Shown piece after piece: positions 39,460 to 48,649 of a stretch of 64,000 bases of DNA. Source of the stretch: an uncultured Alphaproteobacteria bacterium (GTDB lineage: Bacteria; Pseudomonadota; Alphaproteobacteria; Acetobacterales; Acetobacteraceae). Below the pieces are notes generated by a model. That model ran no database searches and was not told where the DNA came from. It worked only from the letters and a program-made list of their open reading frames with translations. The position numbers were made by a program, and so were the translations under genes. The stretch covers positions 4,536-68,535 of the forward strand of contig CAVZQE010000007.1 in assembly GCA_963777325.1 (NCBI GenBank). The letters are read 5' to 3'. Positions within the stretch are counted from its first letter, which is position 1, and every line of letters begins with the position of its first letter.

Positions 39460-39817
39460 TTGGCGGCTCTCCGGGCAGGCGACGGGCGGAACGGGGTGGC
39501 GGCGGACGCCGGGCGCAGAGTGCCACGTGCGATCCCGGTGGCCCGCCGCCTGCCCGCAACAGGCAGCACCTGCGGCGGGTATATGCACGTGATGATTACC
39601 AACCTGCGATTGTATGATGACGCCATGCCCTGTGGACAACCGACCGGCTCCGGGCCTGCCCCCCGACGCTCCCGTGATCGACGGGCGTCCGCGTCCGGGG
39701 ACAGCCCCTCAACGCTGGATGATGCTCTATGAGAGCGGACCAATTTGTCGGCTTGCCTCAATGCGTTGCGGACCACCAAAATCCCCAAGTGGATACAACC
39801 GCATCATCTGAGGCATA

Positions 39818-40285
39818 ATGCCCCGCACGCGCACCGTCCGGACGGCCATCCTCACCGACGACCTGGGCCGGCGCTATCATATGCGCGCAGAGGTGCCGCC
39901 CGGATGCGGCTACCCGGAGGGCTGGATGATCACCTGGGACTCGACGCGGCAGATACGGCGCAAGATCCGGAGCGTGGCGACGCTGCACGTCCTGGACGCC
40001 CTGCCGGACTATCTGAGTTGGACCGAGTGGCGACGCCTGCCGCAGCAGCAGCTAGCCGCCAGCCTTGACCTCGGCCAAGCGTCGATCAGCCGCGCGCTGA
40101 CCGAGCTACTCGGCCTGCAGCTCATCGAGCGGCGCGGCAACGGCCCCGTAACCGAGTGGCGACTGTCGCTCTCGGCGGGCTGGCGCGGCGGCGCCCCGGC
40201 GTATCACGCCGCGCGCCGGACGCGCGGCATGGAGCAGCTGGATGATCCGCCGCCGCCGCCAGCGGCGGCGGTCGCAGAAGGGAGA
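39818..40285 (+). CDS. Winged-helix DNA-binding protein, element ORF7; its native 3' end appears to lie at 36307..36399
   Basis: GAGG SD then ATG. The HTH segment reads QQQLAASLDLGQASISRALTELLGLQLIERRG. As integrated, the ORF runs on without a stop to 40795. Confidence 0.6.
40234..40285 (+). repeat. Right direct repeat (attR-like)
   Basis: gcagctggatgatccgccgccgccgccagcggcggcggtcgcagaagggaga. Confidence 0.8.
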
Positions 40286-40348
40286 TTATGTAAAGCTGGT
40301 GTCGCGGGCGTGCTTGCGGTCGCGCTCTGTCCGGGACACCGTCTGGCA

Positions 40349-40795
40349 ATGCAGAGGCCGCGATTGCTTCTCGCTGCGTTCATGTTGCTGGTGAGTTCAG
40401 CGGCCGTCGCGCAACCGTGGCCGGTGTTTCGCATACACGACCATCTCGATCCGCATGAGGTCGAGGAAACCACCTCCGTCTATATCGACGGCGAACTCGT
40501 GCAAATCTTCCGGCTGAGCGCGCAGCATTCTGACGGCGTGGTGGAACTGCCCGCGCGTCCTGGCGAGGTCGAGTATCTGCTGTGCGGGAGCATAACCGTC
40601 AGGCAGCCGGACGGGAGCGCGGAAATCCACCGGGTCGATGGGTCCGGCGTTCTGACCGACGTCGCAGGCCGGGATTTCGACGCCGTCGCCGCGTTCGACT
40701 TCACGCTATTTTATTTCGTGGACGTGACCCCGAACCGCCCCCCAGCGCCGGTGCGGGTCCGGAGGGTCCGCTCCTGCGCCGAGGCGCTCTCCTGA
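40349..40795 (+). CDS. Secreted hypothetical protein (148 aa)
   Basis: Signal peptide MQRPRLLLAAFMLLVSSAAVAQ. GC is lower than in the adjacent element. Confidence 0.6.
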   Translation: MQRPRLLLAAFMLLVSSAAVAQPWPVFRIHDHLDPHEVEETTSVYIDGELVQIFRLSAQHSDGVVELPARPGEVEYLLCGSITVRQPDGSAEIHRVDGSGVLTDVAGRDFDAVAAFDFTLFYFVDVTPNRPPAPVRVRRVRSCAEALS

Positions 40796-41059
40796 GCCTT
40801 AACGGCGGCCATGCAGCCCAACGGGGGCCACCATGGCCGAATCTGATCTCGACTCGCCGGAACGCCTTTTTGGGCAACAAGGTCGCCGTTCTAAGCTGCT
40901 CAAGCTAAAGCATTGAAGTGACAGTCATCGTTCTGTGGTTGCGATTTGCCGCCGTTTGCGTCAGGAACGGCGCGCTCCCTACCGCTTCCAAACGGAGTTT
41001 TGGATGACCCTGGCCCGACTGTCCGACGTCCTCCCCCCTCGCTTCGAGGAGCGAAGAGC

Positions 41060-41896
41060 GTGAGCACGGTCCAGGCAATCGTCATCGCAATCATCCAGGG
41101 AGCAACCGAGTTGTTCCCGGTCAGCAGTCTCGGCCACGCGGTCCTACTGCCGGCGGTGCTGAACTGGAACATCGATCAGCGATCGCACGCCTTTCTGCCC
41201 TTCCTGGTCATGCTGCATCTCGGGACGGCGGTCGCCTTGCTGCTGTATTTCTGGCGCGACTGGTGGGCGCTCGCGACGGGCGTCCTGGGCCTGAGTTCGC
41301 CGCATCAGACCGCAGAGAGCCGGCGGGTGTTCCTGCTGATCGTGGTCGCGACGATCCCGGCGGTCATCGTCGGCTTCGTGCTGGAGAAGTTCTTCCGGTC
41401 CCTGTTCGGATCGCCCGTGATCGTCGCCGCCGTCCTGGTGCTCAACGGGCTGCTGCTGCTGTTCGGCGAGCGGCTGCGGGCGCGAGGCGGCATCCGTCAG
41501 CTATCGTCGCTGACCGTGCGCGACGCTCTCACGATCGGCTGCTGGCAGTGCACGGCGCTCATTCCGGGCATCTCGCGCTCGGGTGCGACCATCGTCGGCG
41601 GTCTGCTACGCGGCATTGATCACGCGGGCTCGGCGCATTTCTCCTTCCTGATCGCAACGCCGATCATTCTCGGCGCGACCGCGCTTGAGGTGCCGAAGCT
41701 GCTGCACGAGAGCATCGCGCCCGGCGTGTTCGGCCTGTCCGTTGTCGCCGCCGTGATCGCCGGGGTCACCGCGTTCCTGACGACCGCCTTCCTGATGCGC
41801 TACTTCCGCCAGCAGGACAATTGGGCGCTGAACCCGTTTGCCTATTACTGCATGGCGGCTGGCCTGGGCAGCCTGGCCCTCCTGCTCCTCGCCTGA
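41060..41896 (+). CDS. uppP: Undecaprenyl-diphosphate phosphatase
   Basis: Contains IIQGATELFPVSSLGH and PGISRSGATIVGG, with a GTG start. Confidence 0.93.
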   Translation: MSTVQAIVIAIIQGATELFPVSSLGHAVLLPAVLNWNIDQRSHAFLPFLVMLHLGTAVALLLYFWRDWWALATGVLGLSSPHQTAESRRVFLLIVVATIPAVIVGFVLEKFFRSLFGSPVIVAAVLVLNGLLLLFGERLRARGGIRQLSSLTVRDALTIGCWQCTALIPGISRSGATIVGGLLRGIDHAGSAHFSFLIATPIILGATALEVPKLLHESIAPGVFGLSVVAAVIAGVTAFLTTAFLMRYFRQQDNWALNPFAYYCMAAGLGSLALLLLA

Positions 41897-42732
41897 TGGG
41901 CACGGTCTGGCTGCGCTTCGCCTCCGCCCTGCTCGCCGCCTCGGCCGCGATCGGAACGCCCGCCCTCGCCCATGGCCTGCGGCCGCACCCGGCGGCCTCG
42001 GTCGCGCGGACGGCGGTTCCGCTCGCGGCGACGCCGATCGGGCGGCTCGATCTGCCTTGGTGGCGCAAACGGCACGAGGCGGTGCTGGCGCGGGTGCGGC
42101 AGGGGCCGGCCGACCTGATCTTTCTCGGCGATTCGATCACCGCGAACTGGGAGAAGCGCGGCCCGGAGCCGTGGCGGGACTTCCAGCCCGCCTGGACGCG
42201 GTTCTACGGCGACCGCCGCGCCGTCAACATGGGCTTCAAGGGGGACACGACGGCGAGCCTGCTCTGGCGCATCGAGCACGGCGAGGTGGACGGCATTACG
42301 CCCAAGGTCGCGGTGATCCTGATCGGCGCCAACAATCTCGGCCGCGTGCATTGGCCGGCGCGGGACACCGTCGCCGGGGTCGACGCCATCGTCGCCGAGC
42401 TGCATCGTCGCTTACCGGCCACGAAGCTTGTGCTGCTGGCGGTGCTGCCGAGCGAGCGCAGCGCCTGGGCGACGCAGACCACGGCCGAGATCAATCGGGC
42501 GCTCGCCGCCCGTTACGCGAACCGCCCCGACCTGGTGACCTACCTCGATTTCGGCGGCTTATTCATGAAGGACGGCGCGCTCGACCGCTCGGCATTCTAC
42601 GACCCGAAGCTGCGGCCGCCCGACCCGCCGCTGCACCCGACGGCGGAGACGCAGGCGCGGATGGCGGCGGCCATGGAGCCGACGATCGCGCGACTGATGG
42701 GCGACCGCGAGCATCTCGCGCAAGCGCGGTAG
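41896..42732 (+). CDS. SGNH/GDSL hydrolase family protein, secreted
   Basis: ATGA overlap with uppP. Signal peptide present. Contains LIFLGDSITANWE and ILIGANNLG. Confidence 0.85.
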   Translation: MGTVWLRFASALLAASAAIGTPALAHGLRPHPAASVARTAVPLAATPIGRLDLPWWRKRHEAVLARVRQGPADLIFLGDSITANWEKRGPEPWRDFQPAWTRFYGDRRAVNMGFKGDTTASLLWRIEHGEVDGITPKVAVILIGANNLGRVHWPARDTVAGVDAIVAELHRRLPATKLVLLAVLPSERSAWATQTTAEINRALAARYANRPDLVTYLDFGGLFMKDGALDRSAFYDPKLRPPDPPLHPTAETQARMAAAMEPTIARLMGDREHLAQAR

Positions 42733-42894
42733 CGCGAAGCCGGGCTGATCGAGTCGCTCCTCCCGGGCCATTCTAGCTGCTATCTATAAGGATTGGTTTT
42801 CACGGCTTGGAGGGCTCCCAGGGAGACGGACGCGGCTGCCCCGAACGCGCGGGCGTGGCGGAGCCCGATGGGCTGGAGTTCGCGATTCCGGTTC

Positions 42895-43668
42895 TCAGAT
42901 GTCCGGGCTGCTCCAAAAATCCGGCCCGCTGACACCCTCCCGCCCCGCGAGCAGCGCGCGCAGGCGCCCGGCGACGCGCTCCGTGCCCGGCCCGGAGCGC
43001 TCGCGCGGGCGCGGGCCAACCGGCACGTTCCCGCGCACCGAGGCCGGATGGCCGCCGAGCACGATCACGCGGTCGGCCAGGATCATCGCCTCGTCGATGT
43101 CGTGCGTCACGAACAGCACGGTCTTGCCGGTCGCGGCCCAGAGCCGCAGCAATTCTTCCTGCAGGCCCGCGCGGGTGATCGCGTCGAGCGCGCCGAACGG
43201 CTCGTCCATCAGCAGGAGATCCGGCTCGACCGTGAGCGCGCGCGCAACGCCGACCCGCTGGCGCTGGCCACCCGAGAGCTGCGCCGGCCAGCGCTCGGCC
43301 TGCGCCTCCAGCCCGACCAGAGCGAGCGAGCGCATGGCGCGATCATGCCGCTCCGCCCGGCTCAGGCCCAAACCCTCCAGCCCGAGTTCGACATTCGCCC
43401 GCACCCGCCGCCACGGCAGCAGCTTCGCGTCCTGGAACACGAGGGCCGAGGGACGGCTGCCCGGCCGTGGCGGCGGGCGCTGCACCTCCCCCTCCGTCGG
43501 CTGGATCAGGCCCATGGCGATGCGCAGCAGCGTCGATTTCCCGGCCCCGGAGGGACCGAGCAGGGCGACGAATTCGCCTCGTTGCGCGGCCAGGTTCACA
43601 TGCCGGAGCACGGCGGTCGTGCGGCCGTCCTGCGTGTAGGACAGCCCGACATTCCTGAACGCAAGCAT
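42895..43668 (-). CDS. ABC transporter ATP-binding protein (nitrate/sulfonate/bicarbonate type)
   Basis: Walker A GPSGAGKST, signature LSGGQRQRVGVARAL and LLLMDEPFGALD. Confidence 0.9.
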   Translation of the reverse strand: MLAFRNVGLSYTQDGRTTAVLRHVNLAAQRGEFVALLGPSGAGKSTLLRIAMGLIQPTEGEVQRPPPRPGSRPSALVFQDAKLLPWRRVRANVELGLEGLGLSRAERHDRAMRSLALVGLEAQAERWPAQLSGGQRQRVGVARALTVEPDLLLMDEPFGALDAITRAGLQEELLRLWAATGKTVLFVTHDIDEAMILADRVIVLGGHPASVRGNVPVGPRPRERSGPGTERVAGRLRALLAGREGVSGPDFWSSPDI

Positions 43669-43679
43669 GGTCGCGGGCG

Positions 43680-44435
43680 CTACATCTGCCATGCCAGCAG
43701 CCGGTTGCGCACCAGGACGAAGACCGTGTCGGTGATCGCGTAGAGCAGCGCCATGGTCAGCATGTAGACGACGACGAGATCGGTCGCGAGCAGGCTCGAT
43801 GCCTGCATCATGCGCGCGCCGATCCCGGGCACCCCGAACAGTTCGGCGGCGACGACGCTCATCCAGGCCTGCCCGACGCCTGTGCGCATGCCGGCCAGGA
43901 GGCCGGGCGCGGCGGCGGGCAGCACGACCTTGGTCAGTTTCCCGACCACGCCGCCGTGCCCGAACGCGGCGGCGACTTCGAGCAGGTCGCGGCCGACCGC
44001 GCCCACCGCCCCGTGCGCCGCGTAGAAGTTGATCCAGAACACCGAGATCGCGATGATGAAGGTCGCCCCCGCCGTGTTCAGCCCGAACCACAGGATCGCG
44101 AACGGCACCCAGGCGAGGCCCGGGATCGGCCGCAGCAGCCGGACGACCCCGGCCGTGAGCGCATCCAGGCGCGGCAGGATGGCGCAGGCAAGACCGGACG
44201 CCGCGCCGAGCAGCGAGCCGAGCACAAGCCCGAGCACGTAGTGCGTCAGGCTGTCCAGGATCGCCTGCTGCCAGTAGCCGCCGCTCACCTCTGACGCCCA
44301 GGCGGCGGGCAGGCTGCTCGGCAAGGGCAGCATCGTCGCCGGCACGAGGCCGCTCATCACCGTCGCCTGCCAGACCCCGAACAGCACGGCGAGGCCGAGC
44401 GCGCCGAGCGCGAAGCGGCGGGCGGTCGCCGTCAC
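43680..44435 (-). CDS. ABC transporter permease (SsuC/TauC-like)
   Basis: GTG start overlaps the stop of the upstream binding-protein gene. Six TM segments and an EAA-like loop (LEVAAAFGHGGVVGKLTKVVLPAAAPGLLAGMR). Confidence 0.88.
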   Translation of the reverse strand: MTATARRFALGALGLAVLFGVWQATVMSGLVPATMLPLPSSLPAAWASEVSGGYWQQAILDSLTHYVLGLVLGSLLGAASGLACAILPRLDALTAGVVRLLRPIPGLAWVPFAILWFGLNTAGATFIIAISVFWINFYAAHGAVGAVGRDLLEVAAAFGHGGVVGKLTKVVLPAAAPGLLAGMRTGVGQAWMSVVAAELFGVPGIGARMMQASSLLATDLVVVYMLTMALLYAITDTVFVLVRNRLLAWQM

Positions 44436-45466
44436 GGATGGACGCGCTTGTAGGTATCGAGATCGAACAGCGCGTCCACGTCGCCCACCTGAGGCAGGAC
44501 GCCGAGCTTGACCTGGAACGCCGCAAGCTTCTTCACCGGCTCGACGATCACCGCCGGGTCCGAGACGAACTTCGCGCCCGGCGAGGCCAGGGCCTTGTCC
44601 ATCGTCTGCCGCGTCAGGATGCCGCCGCCGAGCGCCTGCAGGACGAAGGGCGCGGCCTGATCCGGGTGATCGCGCAGCAGATCGGTTGCCCGAATGAACA
44701 GCCGGACCAGCGTGTCCTTCCAGGCTTTCGTCGCGGGACGGTCGGGCTGATAGAGCGCGAGCACGGAGCCGGGCTGGCCCGGCATCATCTGGTGCCCGGT
44801 CGCGAGCAGCCGCGAGCCCGGCACGCGCATGCGCACGACGGTCAGCGCCGGCTCCCGGAGCACGGCCGCATCGACCGATCCGGCGAGAAAGGCCTGCTGC
44901 GTCGCATCGATGTCGATGCCGATGATCTCGACGGTCGCCGGATCGACCTTGTTCTCGTCCAGCCAATACCGCATCAGCGTGTCCGGCACCGAGCCGGACG
45001 GTTGCGCCGCGAATTTCGGCTTGCGGCCGGCGGCCTTCGTGAACGCGGCGATGCGGGCGGGGAGATCGTCTGGAGCACCCTCCTGCAAGCCCTCGACCAG
45101 CTGGCCGCGCCCGACCACCTCCAGCTCCTCGATGGCGGCGGCGGCGACCACTTTGGTGTCCACGCCGCGCGCGCGGGCGACCAGCAGCGGCAGCACGCCC
45201 GCGACATAGCCCTCGATCTTGCCCGAGGCGAGCCCCTGGATGGCCTGCGGCCCGTTGCCGAAGCGGACGAGTTGCAGGTCGAGGCCGGCCTGCTTCGCCC
45301 ACCCCTCCCCGTCCAGCACGAACAAGGGGCCGGACCCGAGCACCGGAATATAGCCGATACGGATCGTCTGGGCGGCGCGGGCGCGGGCGGGCAGCAGACC
45401 ACAGGCGGTAGCGGCGGCGCTCGCGGTCAGCAGCGTACGGCGCGGGAGGAAAGCGGGCATCGACAC
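44432..45466 (-). CDS. ABC substrate-binding protein (NMT1/THI5-like, SsuA/TauA family)
   Basis: Tat-like signal ([25 protein letters not shown]), then [16 protein letters not shown]. Confidence 0.85.
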   Translation of the reverse strand: MSMPAFLPRRTLLTASAAATACGLLPARARAAQTIRIGYIPVLGSGPLFVLDGEGWAKQAGLDLQLVRFGNGPQAIQGLASGKIEGYVAGVLPLLVARARGVDTKVVAAAAIEELEVVGRGQLVEGLQEGAPDDLPARIAAFTKAAGRKPKFAAQPSGSVPDTLMRYWLDENKVDPATVEIIGIDIDATQQAFLAGSVDAAVLREPALTVVRMRVPGSRLLATGHQMMPGQPGSVLALYQPDRPATKAWKDTLVRLFIRATDLLRDHPDQAAPFVLQALGGGILTRQTMDKALASPGAKFVSDPAVIVEPVKKLAAFQVKLGVLPQVGDVDALFDLDTYKRVHP

Positions 45467-45564
45467 CTCAGTGGGACAGGGGACGCACGTTTAGCGCCCG
45501 GGGCCGGATGGTCAATCCGAGCGAAGCCGGGCTACCGTGCCGACAGGCGGAGGGGAAAGACACC

Positions 45565-46311
45565 ATGACCGATCGGATCGCACTCGTCACCGGGGCTGGC
45601 AGCGGCGTCGGCCGCGCGGCATCGCAGGCGCTCGCGGATGTCGGGTTCACCGTGGTGCTGGCGGGACGCCGCCGCGAGACGCTCGAGGAGACCGCTTCCC
45701 TTCTGCCGGACGGCCGTGGCGTCGCCGTTCCGGCGGACGTAACCGATCCAGAGTCCGTCGCCGGGCTGTTCGAGACGATCGGCGCGAAGTTCGGCCGCCT
45801 CGATCTCCTGTTCAACAACGCCGGCGGCAACGTGCCGAGCACGAATTTCGGCGATCTCACCTGGGAGCAGTGGCGGTCCGTGCTGTCCACCAACCTCGAC
45901 GGCATGTTCCTGATCGCGAGCGGCGCCTACAAGATGATGCGCGACCAGTCGCCGCAGGGCGGGCGCATCATCAATAACGGTTCGATCTCCGCCCACGCGC
46001 CGCGTCCCGGCTCCGCGCCGTACACCGCGAGCAAGCACGCGGTCACGGGACTGACCAAGTCGATCGCGCTCGACGGCCGGCCGTACGATATCGCGTGCGG
46101 CCAGATCGACATCGGCAACGCCGCAACCTCGATGGCCGCCCGGATGGCGACGGGCGTGCCGCAGGCGAACGGCACGATAGCGATCGAGCCGTTGATGCCG
46201 GTTGAGGAGATCGGCCGCACCCTCGCCTACATGGCGACGATGCCTCCGGATGCGAACGTGCTGTTCATCACCGTCATGGCGACCAAGGCGCCGCTGGTGG
46301 GACGGGGATAG
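45565..46311 (+). CDS. SDR-family oxidoreductase
   Basis: Contains [14 protein letters not shown] and YTASKHAV. Confidence 0.9.
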   Translation: MTDRIALVTGAGSGVGRAASQALADVGFTVVLAGRRRETLEETASLLPDGRGVAVPADVTDPESVAGLFETIGAKFGRLDLLFNNAGGNVPSTNFGDLTWEQWRSVLSTNLDGMFLIASGAYKMMRDQSPQGGRIINNGSISAHAPRPGSAPYTASKHAVTGLTKSIALDGRPYDIACGQIDIGNAATSMAARMATGVPQANGTIAIEPLMPVEEIGRTLAYMATMPPDANVLFITVMATKAPLVGRG

Positions 46312-46362
46312 GGAGTTCTCTTTTCGCGTATGCTCGGCAAGACCTCGACCACGCTCCGAGGA

Positions 46363-47406
46363 TCAGTCCGAACGGGAGACCGTTCGGATCGTGTTGAGGA
46401 GCCCGATCATGCTCAAAATCCATGATGCAAGCGCCACCCAGTATAGGCTGCGCGCAACCGGATGCAGGAAGCCGGTCCCGGAAGCCGAGGCGTAGGTCTG
46501 AGTTGCCACGCTGTACATTCCGAGCGGGAACACGAGAGACCAGACGCCGGGCCGGTATCTGAGGTTGTGCCACTCGATCACGTATTTGCGGAAGAATATG
46601 ATCGCCAACAGAGGAATCCAAAAGGTCGCCACGGCCCAGAAAAGAACGGTGAACGGATCGAGAAAGCTTCGCAGCTGATGAGAAAGGGGCGAACGAAGTA
46701 GCTCCGCGCCGGCCAGGGTGGTGATCGCGGCAGCGCCCATGTTGATCCACCATGACTCCGTCATCTCGGCTGACGACATCGGGATGAACGTCCATCGATA
46801 GAAGACCAGTCCCAGCATCATAAGATACAGAACGCCACCGAGGAGGCAGGCGGCGAGCGCGAAAAATCCGATCAGCGGAGAGTGCGACACGTCCCGCGAA
46901 ACGATGCTGCCCAGGATCGCCACGGATTCGGTGCCGACGATGAGCAGGAACCATGAGCCGTTCAATCCGTGCTCGAGATCCGGCTTGGCCGAACCGAGTG
47001 TCGTGGTCGCGAGGAACCCGTACATCAAGCCGATCCAGAGCATCAGCGCCAGCCCCAAAATCCACGGCAGGAGCGAGATTGCGATGCCGAACGTGGCGCA
47101 CTGGCTTCCGATCAGACCGGTCGCGGCGACCATGGTGAGAAATGTCGGGCCGAGTTCATGGGTGCGAAAATCGGCAAGGACAAAACCGGGAAAGCGGAAG
47201 ACCCGAGCCGCCGTGATACACCAGAGTGTCGGGTAGGCGATGACATTGACCACGAACAGAATCCAGTCGATGCCGTCGTGATGCAGCACATGCGAATCGA
47301 TGGCGATAATGCCGGTCGCCATCGAAAGGCTGAAATAGCCAGGGAAGAAATCCGCCAGCCAAGCGGGCCTACCCTCCTTGACCGGATCGGTGTCGCGTGA
47401 CGCCAT
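46363..47406 (-). CDS. TehA/SLAC1-family (tellurite-resistance/dicarboxylate transporter) membrane protein
   Basis: 347 aa with about 10 TM segments. Contains FPGYFSLSMATGIIAI..WWINMGAAAIT..LVFPLGMY. GC is clearly lower than in the neighbours. Confidence 0.8.
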   Translation of the reverse strand: MASRDTDPVKEGRPAWLADFFPGYFSLSMATGIIAIDSHVLHHDGIDWILFVVNVIAYPTLWCITAARVFRFPGFVLADFRTHELGPTFLTMVAATGLIGSQCATFGIAISLLPWILGLALMLWIGLMYGFLATTTLGSAKPDLEHGLNGSWFLLIVGTESVAILGSIVSRDVSHSPLIGFFALAACLLGGVLYLMMLGLVFYRWTFIPMSSAEMTESWWINMGAAAITTLAGAELLRSPLSHQLRSFLDPFTVLFWAVATFWIPLLAIIFFRKYVIEWHNLRYRPGVWSLVFPLGMYSVATQTYASASGTGFLHPVARSLYWVALASWILSMIGLLNTIRTVSRSD

Positions 47407-47656
47407 CCGGATTGGAGGTAGGGGGCTGCAGACCGGAGCACAAGGCGATTCCGGCGCGGTTGATCACGTGACCGGGGCAGAATCCCGGGCAGAGGGGGTT
47501 GCGATCCCGCCATGCGGGCTGTCCACGACCTGCCGTGAGCTGCCAGCCTCGCAGCCCCACCGGTAGCTTCTTCCCTTTCGGTGCCGCCGAAACCAGATCA
47601 CGGTCACGGTCACGGGCACGACAACCGGCACCCACCGCGAACAATGGAGAGCAACG

Positions 47657-48619
47657 ATGAGCTGGTATCCCTGCCCCGACCCCGTGCCCGGCGACCGGGC
47701 CAGTACGGACGCCATCGAAACGCTGATCGTGCCGCGCGCCGTCGATCTCGGCGAGATGACGGTGCGGCGGGCGCTGCCGAGCGAGAAACGCCAGATGGTC
47801 GGGCCGTTCATCTTCTTCGACCAGATGGGGCCGGCCGCGTTCCTGACGGATCAGGGCATCGACGTCCGCCCGCACCCGCACATCAATCTCGCCACCGTCA
47901 CTTATCTGTTCGAGGGGCAGATCCTGCACCGCGACAGTCTCGGCACCGAGCAGGCGATCGAGCCGGGCGCCGTGAACTGGATGCAGGCCGGGCGCGGCAT
48001 CGTCCACTCCGAGCGCACGAGCCAGGAGCGCAGGCGCACTGGCCAGCGCCTGTTCGGCATCCAGACCTGGATGGCCTTGCCGAAAGACGACGAGGAGGGC
48101 GACCCCGCCTTCGTGCATCACGCAGCCGCCGCGCTGCCCATGGTGGAGGCGGACGGCATGCGGGCGCGGCTGATCGCGGGCGAGGCGTTCGGCGCGCGCT
48201 CCCCGCTCGCGACCCAATCCGCGACGCTGTACGCCGACCTGCATCTCGCCGCGGGCGCGCGGCTTTCGATCGACCCGACATACGAGGAGCGGGCGCTCTA
48301 CACGCTCTCCGGCACGATCGCGGTCGCGGGCGACGCATTCGAACCGGGCCAGCTGTTGGTCCTGCGTCCGGGCGACGCCATCACCGTCTCGGCGGCCTCC
48401 GACGCGCGCTGCATGCTGTTCGGCGGCGCGCCGATGGAGGGACCGCGTTACATCTGGTGGAACTTCGTGTCCTCGCGGCCTGAGCGGATCGAGCAGGCCA
48501 AGCAGGAATGGGCGCAAGGACGCTTCGACACGGTGCCCGGCGACGCGGAGGAGTTCATCCCTCTGCCGCAGAGAAAGGAAGCGCCCCGGCGCGCCACGGG
48601 CGGCGTCTTCTACCCTTAA
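47657..48619 (+). CDS. Pirin family protein
   Basis: Contains VGPFIFFDQMGP..HPHINLATVTYLFEG..HRDSLG.. Confidence 0.88.
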   Translation: MSWYPCPDPVPGDRASTDAIETLIVPRAVDLGEMTVRRALPSEKRQMVGPFIFFDQMGPAAFLTDQGIDVRPHPHINLATVTYLFEGQILHRDSLGTEQAIEPGAVNWMQAGRGIVHSERTSQERRRTGQRLFGIQTWMALPKDDEEGDPAFVHHAAAALPMVEADGMRARLIAGEAFGARSPLATQSATLYADLHLAAGARLSIDPTYEERALYTLSGTIAVAGDAFEPGQLLVLRPGDAITVSAASDARCMLFGGAPMEGPRYIWWNFVSSRPERIEQAKQEWAQGRFDTVPGDAEEFIPLPQRKEAPRRATGGVFYP

Positions 48620-48649
48620 GGTTCTGTCTGCAACCATTCGAGGCGTCGC

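Larger units (their letters stand above)
36258..40285. mobile_element. Putative integrated ~4-kb element bounded by ~50-bp direct repeats; no recognisable recombinase
   Basis: Direct repeats at 36258-36306 and 40234-40285. The interior is much more GC-rich than the flanks. It holds only small SD-preceded ORFs, a wHTH protein and a GNPxGRP-motif protein. The ends re-join into one intact ORF (see findings). Confidence 0.5.
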
